From positions 261,492 through 325,491 of the forward strand of contig JAZNEJ010000008.1 in NCBI GenBank assembly GCA_045588575.1: a stretch of 64,000 bases of DNA. Reading direction: 5' to 3'. Shown piece after piece: positions 56,989 through 64,000 of the stretch. Source of the stretch: Eubacteriales bacterium (GTDB taxonomy: Bacteria; Bacillota; Clostridia; Oscillospirales; RGIG5299). The first letter of the stretch is position 1, and every line of letters begins with the position of its first letter. The position numbers were made by a program, and so were the translations under genes. The notes under the pieces were generated by a model. The model had not been told where the DNA came from. It worked only from the letters and a program-made list of their open reading frames with translations, and did no database searches.

Positions 56989-57537
56989 ATGTCACGAATC
57001 GGAAGAATGCCCATAGCGATTCCGGCAGGCGTAGAGGTAACTCTTAACGGCTCCAACATTGCCGTAAAAGGTCCTAAAGGAACGTTGAACAGAGAAGTTT
57101 CCAACCTTGTTTCTGTTAAGGTTGAAAACGGACAAATCCTCGTCACAAGAGATGGCGACGAAAAAGAAAAAAGAGCAATCCACGGTCTCACCAGAACCCT
57201 TATCAAAAATATGGTAGTCGGCGTAACCGAAGGTTACAGTATAACCCTCGAAATCGTCGGTGTTGGTTACAGAGCTGAGAAAACCGGCAAGAAAGTAACA
57301 ATTTCAATCGGCTTCTCTCATCCCGTAATCATGGAAGATACCGATAAGGTAACTCTCACAGTACCGCAGCCCAACCAAATCGTTGTAACCGGTATTGATA
57401 AGCAGGCCGTTGGCGAATACGCAGCAGTCATCCGCAAGGTTAGAGCACCCGAGCCCTATCACGGCAAAGGCATCAGATATGCCGGCGAAGTTGTTCACCT
57501 TAAAGAAGGCAAGGCCGGTAAGAGCTCTAAGAAGTAA
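56989..57537 (+). CDS. rplF: 50S ribosomal protein L6 (uL6)
   Basis: 182 aa. MSRIGRMPIAIPAGVEV. Confidence 0.97.
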   Translation: MSRIGRMPIAIPAGVEVTLNGSNIAVKGPKGTLNREVSNLVSVKVENGQILVTRDGDEKEKRAIHGLTRTLIKNMVVGVTEGYSITLEIVGVGYRAEKTGKKVTISIGFSHPVIMEDTDKVTLTVPQPNQIVVTGIDKQAVGEYAAVIRKVRAPEPYHGKGIRYAGEVVHLKEGKAGKSSKK

Positions 57538-57552
57538 GGAGGAGAAGACGAA

Positions 57553-57909
57553 ATGGTTAAAAAGATTAACAGAAAAGCCGATAGAATCAAAAGACATACC
57601 CGTGTTCGCGGAAAAATCAGCGGCACCGCAGAATGTCCTCGTCTTAATGTCTTCCGTTCTGAAAAGCATATCTATGCTCAGATTATCGACGATGTCAAGG
57701 GTGTAACCTTAGTTTCAGCATCCACCTTAAAGGATGTAAACGGTTACGGCGGCAACACAAAAGCTGCTCGTGAGCTTGGCATTGTAATCGCAAAGAAAGC
57801 ATTGGAAGCAAAGATTGAAAACGTGGTTTTTGACCGCGGCGGATATCTCTATCACGGCAGAGTCAAGGAATTAGCAGAGGGTGCCCGCGAGGGTGGACTC
57901 AAATTCTGA
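57553..57909 (+). CDS. rplR: 50S ribosomal protein L18 (uL18)
   Basis: 118 aa. [38 protein letters not shown]. Confidence 0.97.
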   Translation: MVKKINRKADRIKRHTRVRGKISGTAECPRLNVFRSEKHIYAQIIDDVKGVTLVSASTLKDVNGYGGNTKAARELGIVIAKKALEAKIENVVFDRGGYLYHGRVKELAEGAREGGLKF

Positions 57910-57920
57910 GGAGGAAGAAC

Positions 57921-58427
57921 ATGTCACAGATTATAGATGCATCCACTCTCGACCTCAAGGAAAAGCTCGTTGTTATAAACAGAGTATCCAAGACCGTTAA
58001 GGGCGGAAGAATTTTTAAATTTGCAGCGCTCGTAGTTGTTGGTAACGAAGACGGAATCGTTGGTTTCGGTCTCGGCAAATCTTCGGAAGTTCCCGAGGCA
58101 ATCAAAAAGGGAATTGAAGATGCAAAGAAGAACTTAATTAAAGTTCCCATGAGAGGCACCACCATTCCTCACGAAGTAATCGGCAAATTCGGCGCATCAA
58201 TGGTTATTATGAAGCCCGCTGCTCCCGGTACCGGTATCATCGCCGGCGGCGCAGTAAGAGCTGTTCTTGAAATGGCAGGCATTAAAGACATCAGAACAAA
58301 GGCTCTCAAATCGAGAAATCCCAAGAACGTTGTCACTGCCGTTATGAACGGACTTCAGAGCCTTCGCAGCATTGAACAGGTTGCAGCAACAAGAGGTATT
58401 TCTGTTGATGCAGTAACCCGTGCATAA
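57921..58427 (+). CDS. rpsE: 30S ribosomal protein S5 (uS5)
   Basis: 168 aa. [24 protein letters not shown]. Confidence 0.97.
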   Translation: MSQIIDASTLDLKEKLVVINRVSKTVKGGRIFKFAALVVVGNEDGIVGFGLGKSSEVPEAIKKGIEDAKKNLIKVPMRGTTIPHEVIGKFGASMVIMKPAAPGTGIIAGGAVRAVLEMAGIKDIRTKALKSRNPKNVVTAVMNGLQSLRSIEQVAATRGISVDAVTRA

Positions 58428-58446
58428 GAAGTAGGAGGACTGAAAA

Positions 58447-58956
58447 ATGGCAAATATGATTACTATAGAGCTTGTTAAAAGCCTTATCGGCAGAAAACAG
58501 GACCAAATTGCAACCGCAAAGTCTTTAGGTCTTAAAAGACCGGGCGACTTCACCGTTCAGCCCGACAATGCTTGCACTCAGGGCAAAATAAAGAAAATCG
58601 GATTTATGCTCAAAGTAACCGAGGGAGAAGTTATTCCTTCCAAAACCGATTACGTTGGTAGCGTAACCGTTGTTAAAGCAAAGGCAGCAAAGAAAGCTCC
58701 CGCAAAGAAAGCTGCACCCAAAGCAGAAGCAGCAGTTGAAGCTCCCGTAGCAGAGGCTGCCCCGGCTCCCGCAGCAGAAGCAGTTGTAGCAGAAGCTCCC
58801 AAAAAAGCTCCCGCAAAGAAAGCTGCTCCCAAGGCAGAGGGCGAAGCTCCCGCTAAAAAGGCTCCCGCTAAAAAAGCGGCTCCCAAAGCAGAGGGCGAAG
58901 CTGCTCCTAAAAAAACCACCGCTAAAAAAGCGGCAGCAAAGACTGAATCTAAGTAA
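58447..58956 (+). CDS. rpmD: 50S ribosomal protein L30 (uL30) with a ~110-aa Ala/Lys/Pro/Glu-rich C-terminal extension
   Basis: The first ~60 aa (ITIELVKSLIGRKQDQIATAKSLGLKR..) form the L30 fold. A single uninterrupted ORF continues through AKKAPAKKAAPKAE-type repeats to 58956. Confidence 0.9.
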   Translation: MANMITIELVKSLIGRKQDQIATAKSLGLKRPGDFTVQPDNACTQGKIKKIGFMLKVTEGEVIPSKTDYVGSVTVVKAKAAKKAPAKKAAPKAEAAVEAPVAEAAPAPAAEAVVAEAPKKAPAKKAAPKAEGEAPAKKAPAKKAAPKAEGEAAPKKTTAKKAAAKTESK

Positions 58957-58984
58957 CTGTCAACACTTAGGAGGTGTCATATAA

Positions 58985-59422
58985 ATGAAACTCAATGAGT
59001 TAGCACCGGCAGCAGGCTCCAAAACCGAAGCCAAGAGAAAAGGCAGAGGTCCTGGAAGCGGCAACGGAAAAACCGGCGGCAAAGGCCATAAGGGCCAGAA
59101 CGCTCGTTCGGGCGGCGGCGTAAGAAGAGGCTTCGAAGGCGGACAGATGCCCATCTCGAGAAGACTTCCCAAGCGCGGCTTTAAAAACCATTTTGCTAAA
59201 GAATATGCAGTTATCAACTTGTCTGATTTAGCAAAATTCCAGGGAACCGAAGCAACCGCAGAAACCTTGCTTGAAGCAGGCATCATTAACTGCATCGGCG
59301 ACGGTTTAAAGGTTCTCGCAAGAGGCGAAATCAATAAAGCAATCACTGTTAAGGCCGCAAAATTCAGCGGTTCTGCAAAAGAAAAAATAGAGGCAATAGG
59401 CGGCAAGGCGGAGGTGGTATAA
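58985..59422 (+). CDS. rplO: 50S ribosomal protein L15 (uL15)
   Basis: 145 aa. [33 protein letters not shown]. Confidence 0.97.
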   Translation: MKLNELAPAAGSKTEAKRKGRGPGSGNGKTGGKGHKGQNARSGGGVRRGFEGGQMPISRRLPKRGFKNHFAKEYAVINLSDLAKFQGTEATAETLLEAGIINCIGDGLKVLARGEINKAITVKAAKFSGSAKEKIEAIGGKAEVV

Positions 59423-59423
59423 G

Positions 59424-60707
59424 GTGATACTCGATCCCGTAAAAAACGCATTTAAGATTCCTGACCTCAGAAAAAAGATATTATTCACCTTGTTCATAAT
59501 CTTCCTTTTTGAAGTTGGTTCTGTTATCACAGTTCCTTTTATGAACAAAGACGCATTGGCAAGCTTGTTCTCGCTTACATCAGCAGATTCACTTGCAAAC
59601 TCAATGTTCGGATATTTAAATCTTTTGTCGGGCGGCGGCCTTGAAAAAGCGTCCCTCTTTGCGATGTCCGTGTCTCCTTATATTAACGCGTCGATCATCA
59701 TTCAGCTTCTCACCTATGCCATTCCCGCTCTTGAAAGACTTCAAAAAGAAGGCGAAGAGGGCAGAAAGAAAATAGGCATGATTACAAGATACGTAAGCGT
59801 TGCCTTAGGCTTAATAGAAGCAATCGGCTACTTCTTCATTTTGAAGAACAACAATGCACTCGTAACGGGTTATAACGAATTCTTCATGGCGGCTGTAATC
59901 GTAGCTTCCTTCACGGCAGGCTCTGCAATCGTTATGTGGTTGGGCGAAAGAATCAACCAAAAGGGAATAGGAAACGGAATTTCAATAATACTTTTCGTAT
60001 CAATTGCAACTCAGTTCCCCACCTTTGTAATGCAGATTTTCGCTGCAGCTGAACAAAAACTCGCATGGGGCATAATCATACTCATAATTTTTGCAGCTAT
60101 GATTGTGTTGATAGTAGCAATGAACGACGGCGAAAGAAGAATACCCGTTCAATATGCCAAAAAAGTAGTGGGCAGAAAGATGTATGGAGGCCAGTCGACC
60201 TTCTTACCCTTAAAGGTAACTATGTCGGGCGTTTTACCCATAATCTTTGCATCGGCATTCGTATCAATGCCCAGCCTTATCGCAAGCTTCTTCCCGCAAA
60301 GCGGCTTTGCGCTCTGGCTTAACGCAAACTTCGGCTACACGTCTTGGGCATATGCGTTGGTATATTTCCTTCTCATAATCGCATTTAACTTTTTCTACGT
60401 TTCAGTGCAATATAATCCCGTTGAAATGGCGAACAACATTCAGAAAAACGGCGGATTCGTATTCGGACTCCGTCCCGGCGCACCGACAGCCGATTACATT
60501 AAGAAGGTTCTTAATAAAATCACAATCGTTGGCGCAATCTGCTTGGCGTTAATCGCAATCGTCCCCATCTTCTATCAGATGGGCACCGGAATTCAGGTTG
60601 CATTGGGCGGTACTTCCATCATAATCGTCGTCGGCGTTATCTTAGAAACAATGAAGTCTTTGGAATCACAGATGCTTATGCGTCATTACAAAGGTTTCTT
60701 GGACTAA
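59424..60707 (+). CDS. secY: Preprotein translocase subunit SecY
   Basis: 427 aa, GTG start, 10 TM helices. GISPYINASIIIQLL-type motif (SVSPYINASIIIQLL). Confidence 0.97.
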   Translation: MILDPVKNAFKIPDLRKKILFTLFIIFLFEVGSVITVPFMNKDALASLFSLTSADSLANSMFGYLNLLSGGGLEKASLFAMSVSPYINASIIIQLLTYAIPALERLQKEGEEGRKKIGMITRYVSVALGLIEAIGYFFILKNNNALVTGYNEFFMAAVIVASFTAGSAIVMWLGERINQKGIGNGISIILFVSIATQFPTFVMQIFAAAEQKLAWGIIILIIFAAMIVLIVAMNDGERRIPVQYAKKVVGRKMYGGQSTFLPLKVTMSGVLPIIFASAFVSMPSLIASFFPQSGFALWLNANFGYTSWAYALVYFLLIIAFNFFYVSVQYNPVEMANNIQKNGGFVFGLRPGAPTADYIKKVLNKITIVGAICLALIAIVPIFYQMGTGIQVALGGTSIIIVVGVILETMKSLESQMLMRHYKGFLD

Positions 60708-60799
60708 TAAAACGTCACGGAAGGAAAAAAGAGGTTCTTTGGATAACATCGCGTGATTGCGGTGTTGTCCGAGGACTTAAAGAAATGGAGGTTTACTGA

Positions 60800-61432
60800 A
60801 TGAAAATGATATTACTTGGTGCGCCCGGTGCAGGCAAAGGCACGCAGGCAACCTTTATATCGGAAAAATTTCAAGTTCCTGTAATATCAACAGGGGATAT
60901 AATAAGACGCGAAATTGCAAACGGCACAGAACGCGGCGAGGAAGCAAAGATGTATCTTAACGAAGGTAATCTTCTTCCCGACAGTTTAGTAAACGACATA
61001 ATATTAAACAGACTTAAAGAGGAAGACTGTGCAAACGGCTTTATCCTCGACGGGTTCCCCAGAAAGATAAGTCAGGCAAAATTTCTCGAAGATGAAAATA
61101 TCGAAATCGAGAAAGTATTAAGCATAGAAGTATCTGATGAAGATATTTTAGACAGAATCACAGGCAGACGGGTTTGCAAAAACTGCGGTAAGAGCTATCA
61201 TATCGAGTATAACGCACCCGCCGTCGAAGGAATATGCGATAATTGCGGCGAAACGCTGTCAATTCGTCCCGACGACAAGCCGGAAACAGTCAAAAATCGT
61301 TTAGAGGTATATCACAGCGAAACCGAACCTCTTAAAGACTACTATGTCAAAAAAGGCATACTCAGCATAGTCTTTGGTTGCGAAAAGCTTGAAGATACCT
61401 GCAAAGCGGTTTCCAAAGTATTAGAGGCGTAA
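60800..61432 (+). CDS. adk: Adenylate kinase (zinc-lid type)
   Basis: GAPGAGKGTQ P-loop. Lid CKNCGKSYH..CDNCG. Confidence 0.97.
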   Translation: MKMILLGAPGAGKGTQATFISEKFQVPVISTGDIIRREIANGTERGEEAKMYLNEGNLLPDSLVNDIILNRLKEEDCANGFILDGFPRKISQAKFLEDENIEIEKVLSIEVSDEDILDRITGRRVCKNCGKSYHIEYNAPAVEGICDNCGETLSIRPDDKPETVKNRLEVYHSETEPLKDYYVKKGILSIVFGCEKLEDTCKAVSKVLEA

Positions 61433-61433
61433 A

Positions 61434-62180
61434 ATGATCGTAATAAAAACCGAGAGGGATATAGAGCTTATGCGTCAAAGCGGTAAAATAACCGCAGGAG
61501 CAATGGAAGCAGCCCGCAAAGCAATGCGAGAGGGCATAACCACAGCCGAGCTTGATGCAATAATTAAGGATTATATCCTTTCACACGGTGCGAAGCCGTC
61601 TTTTCTCGGATATGCCGGATTTCCCGGCGGCGCCTGTATCTCTGTGAATGAAGAGCTTATCCACGGAATTCCGGGAAGCAGAAAAATAAAAAAAGGTGAC
61701 ATCGTAACGATTGATGTGGGAAGCTGTTATAAAGGCATGCATACCGATATGGCAGACACCTTTGTCACAGAGGAAAGCTCCGAAGTTGCAAAAAGATTAT
61801 ACCGCATAACGAAGGAAAGCTTTTTCAAAGGTCTTTCGTTTATGAAAAGCGGCAATCGCTTGGGCGACGTATCGTCAGCCATACAGGAGCATATAGAGAG
61901 CGCGGGATTTTTCGTTGTTAAAAAATACGTCGGTCACGGAGTTGGCTATGAACTTCACGAGGACCCGAGCGTTCCCAACTACGGAACGGCGGGCAGAGGA
62001 ATAAGACTTATGAAGGGCATGACTCTTGCCGTTGAGCCGATGGTTAACGAAAAATGCGAGGACGTTAAGATATTATCGGATAAATGGACCGTAGTTCCCG
62101 CCGTAGGAGGACTTTCCGCTCACTACGAGAATACTGTTTTAATAACAGACGGAGAGCCTGAATTGCTTACAGTACTGTGA
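61434..62180 (+). CDS. map: Type I methionine aminopeptidase
   Basis: 248 aa. Metal ligands in DIVTIDV, DMADT, GHGVG, LAVEPM and HYENTV. Confidence 0.96.
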   Translation: MIVIKTERDIELMRQSGKITAGAMEAARKAMREGITTAELDAIIKDYILSHGAKPSFLGYAGFPGGACISVNEELIHGIPGSRKIKKGDIVTIDVGSCYKGMHTDMADTFVTEESSEVAKRLYRITKESFFKGLSFMKSGNRLGDVSSAIQEHIESAGFFVVKKYVGHGVGYELHEDPSVPNYGTAGRGIRLMKGMTLAVEPMVNEKCEDVKILSDKWTVVPAVGGLSAHYENTVLITDGEPELLTVL

Positions 62181-62190
62181 AGAGGTAAAA

Positions 62191-62490
62191 ATGGAAATAA
62201 AAACAGGGGATATAGTCCGAAGTAAAAACGGACGCGATAAAAACCGCTATTTTTATGTAATATCCGTCGATGAAGCAAACGTCTTCATAGCAGACGGAAT
62301 AATGAGAAAGATCGACGAACCGAAGAAGAAAAAAATAAAGCACGTTTCCTACGCTGCAACTCCTAAAACGAGAATTGGCGAAAAGCTTGTTTCGGGCGAA
62401 AGAGTTTTCGATGCCGAAATAAGAAAATCGTTAAGACAGCTCGGGTTCTGCGAAGACTTTAACGGTTACGTCAAAGCCGAAGATAACTGA
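62191..62490 (+). CDS. Small KOW-domain protein (conserved map-infA spacer gene of Clostridia)
   Basis: 99 aa. [22 protein letters not shown] is a KOW-like motif. Confidence 0.7.
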   Translation: MEIKTGDIVRSKNGRDKNRYFYVISVDEANVFIADGIMRKIDEPKKKKIKHVSYAATPKTRIGEKLVSGERVFDAEIRKSLRQLGFCEDFNGYVKAEDN

Positions 62491-62515
62491 CTGCGAAAGG
62501 ATGAATCGCAACATT

Positions 62516-62734
62516 ATGTCAAAAGAAGATGTAATAGAATTTGAAGGCACGGTAGTTGAATCGTTGCCGAACGCAATGTTTATAGTAGAGCTCCCGAATA
62601 AGCACAAAATAACGGCGCATATCTCGGGAAAATTAAGAATGAACTATATACGCATACTGCCAGGCGATAAGGTAACCGTAGAGATGTCTCCCTACGACCT
62701 CACCAAAGGCAGAATAACTTGGCGCTCAAAGTAA
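62516..62734 (+). CDS. infA: Translation initiation factor IF-1
   Basis: 72 aa from the ATG at 62516 ([22 protein letters not shown]..), the canonical IF-1 length and N-terminus. The track start at 62501 abuts the SD sequence. Confidence 0.95.
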   Translation: MSKEDVIEFEGTVVESLPNAMFIVELPNKHKITAHISGKLRMNYIRILPGDKVTVEMSPYDLTKGRITWRSK

Positions 62735-62757
62735 GCGCATTGAAAGGATGAATCACA

Positions 62758-62871
62758 ATGAAGGTACGTTCCTCGGTAAAACCGATATGTGAGAAATGCA
62801 AGGTTATCAGACGCAAAGGTTCATTGATGGTAATCTGCGAAAACAAAAAACACAAGCAGAAGCAAGGCTGA
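62758..62871 (+). CDS. rpmJ: 50S ribosomal protein L36 (bL36, zinc-binding form)
   Basis: Not in the ORF track because it is 37 aa. My translation is [37 protein letters not shown]. Confidence 0.93.
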   Translation: MKVRSSVKPICEKCKVIRRKGSLMVICENKKHKQKQG

Positions 62872-62886
62872 ACGGAGGTGTGTTAA

Positions 62887-63255
62887 ATGGCAAGAATAGC
62901 AGGTATAGATCTCCCCAAGGAGAAAAGAATTGAAATCGGACTCACCTATATCTACGGTATAGGCATCAACAAGTCCAAAGAACTTCTTGCAGCAACGGGC
63001 ATTAATCCTAACACCAGAGTTAAGGATTTAACCGAAGAAGAAAACAACTTAATCAGAGACTATATTGATAAAAACTTTATAGTTGAAGGCGATTTAAGAA
63101 GAGACGTTTCTCTTGATATCAAAAGACTCGTAGAAATCGGATGCTATAGAGGCTTAAGACACAGAAAAGGTCTTCCGGTTAGAGGTCAGAGAAGCAAGAC
63201 TAACGCAAGAACAAGAAAAGGTCCCAAAAAGACCATTGCTAACAAGAAGAAGTAA
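62887..63255 (+). CDS. rpsM: 30S ribosomal protein S13 (uS13)
   Basis: 122 aa. [26 protein letters not shown]. Confidence 0.97.
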   Translation: MARIAGIDLPKEKRIEIGLTYIYGIGINKSKELLAATGINPNTRVKDLTEEENNLIRDYIDKNFIVEGDLRRDVSLDIKRLVEIGCYRGLRHRKGLPVRGQRSKTNARTRKGPKKTIANKKK

Positions 63256-63271
63256 TAGGAGGATAGGATAA

Positions 63272-63670
63272 ATGGCTACACAGACCAAGAAGGCGGTAAC
63301 CAGAAAGAGAAGAGAGCGCAAGAATATTGAAAGAGGCGCTGCTCATATCCGTTCCACCTTCAACAACACAATTGTAACAATCACAGACGTTGACGGCAAC
63401 GCTATATCGTGGGCATCAGCCGGCGGACTCGGCTTCAAAGGTTCAAGAAAATCCACTCCCTTTGCTGCTCAAATGGCAGCTGAAACTGCGGCAAAAGCAG
63501 CTATGGAGCACGGTTTGAAAACTGTTGAAGTTTATGTTTGCGGCCCCGGTCAAGGAAGAGAAGCAGCCATCAGAGCACTTCAAACCGCAGGACTCGAGAT
63601 TAATATGATTAAAGACGTAACCCCGATTCCTCACAACGGTTGCAGACCGCCCAAAAGAAGAAGAGTATAA
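63272..63670 (+). CDS. rpsK: 30S ribosomal protein S11 (uS11)
   Basis: 132 aa. [28 protein letters not shown]. Confidence 0.97.
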   Translation: MATQTKKAVTRKRRERKNIERGAAHIRSTFNNTIVTITDVDGNAISWASAGGLGFKGSRKSTPFAAQMAAETAAKAAMEHGLKTVEVYVCGPGQGREAAIRALQTAGLEINMIKDVTPIPHNGCRPPKRRRV

Positions 63671-63687
63671 TGGAGGTGCAAGAGTAA

Positions 63688-64000
63688 ATGGCTAGATATA
63701 CAGAATCCGTTTGCCGTATGTGCAGACGTGAAAATCAGAAGTTATTCTTAAAAGGCGAAAGATGCTATTCTGAAAAGTGCGCTATGAACAAAAGAGCTTA
63801 TGCTCCCGGTCAGCACGGTCAGGGCAGAAAGAAGATTTCTGAATACGGAACTCAGTTAAGAGAGAAGCAGAAGGCAAGAAGATTTTACGGCGTGCTCGAA
63901 AGCCAGTTCGCAAAATACTACGAAATGGCTGTTAAGCAGAGCGGCATCACCGGTGAGAACCTTCTCCAAATTCTCGAAAGCAGATTAGATAACGTTGTTT
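63688..64000 (+). CDS. rpsD: 30S ribosomal protein S4 (uS4), N-terminal part (3' end lies outside the window)
   Basis: The ATG at 63688 gives [31 protein letters not shown].., a zinc-finger type S4 N-terminus. The frame stays open to the window edge. Confidence 0.93.
   Translation, partial: MARYTESVCRMCRRENQKLFLKGERCYSEKCAMNKRAYAPGQHGQGRKKISEYGTQLREKQKARRFYGVLESQFAKYYEMAVKQSGITGENLLQILESRLDNVV

Noticed and set aside
62495-62518. Shared motif GAAAGGATGAATC(G/A)CAA upstream of both infA and rpmJ, and the track's infA start at 62501
   Set aside because: The motif is probably just a duplicated SD region. The ATG at 62501 directly abuts the SD sequence with 0-nt spacing. Comparison with IF-1 as I know it (72 aa, MxKxDVIE) supports the ATG at 62516. 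No further structure is evident.

Overview
The window looks like a core chromosomal segment of a sporulating Clostridia-type Firmicute. That assignment is an inference from the cotJABC genes and the Clostridia-style gene order secY-adk-map-KOW-infA-rpmJ. About 85% is ordinary housekeeping. Positions 1-13654 carry ftsY(partial)-rph-rdgB-queH-nadD/yqeK-rsfS-leuS-alaS-murA-rlmH-pgm. Then come mnmE-mnmG, cell-envelope genes, cotJABC and a flavodiiron protein. A complete S10-spc-alpha ribosomal cluster runs from 49946 to the window end. Three regions are accessory or unusual. (1) Both tRNA genes in the window, tRNA-Arg(CCG) at 13694-13770 (+) and tRNA-Arg(ACG) at 20102-20178 (-), are followed by short terminator-bounded modules. 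Each module starts with the reverse complement of its own tRNA's T-arm, has a 70-100 nt hairpin-containing core, and ends with an exact 19-nt copy of that tRNA's 3' end including CCA. The CCG locus has three copies at an exact 187-bp period. The ACG locus has one full copy and one truncated copy. I cannot place these modules in any RNA or repeat family I know, and I rank them as the best candidate for something undescribed. (2) A 2.5-kb islet with no integrase (17542-20120) is bracketed by tRNA-Arg(ACG) 3'-end repeats. It carries a truncated Ser/Thr kinase, a zinc-ribbon orphan and a Ser/Thr-rich Cys-rich surface protein. (3) A 13-kb carbohydrate-type ABC locus (36.1-49.5 kb) has a 1000-aa binding protein, two permease pairs, no ATPase, and two giant exported proteins (NHL-Yip1 and PDZ-like/large C-terminal domain). 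Smaller oddities are an mnmE with no canonical start codon, uL30 with a 110-aa Ala/Lys/Pro tail, a Cys4 uL24, and a NadD-YqeK fusion. No CRISPR array, rRNA, transposase or integrase was seen.
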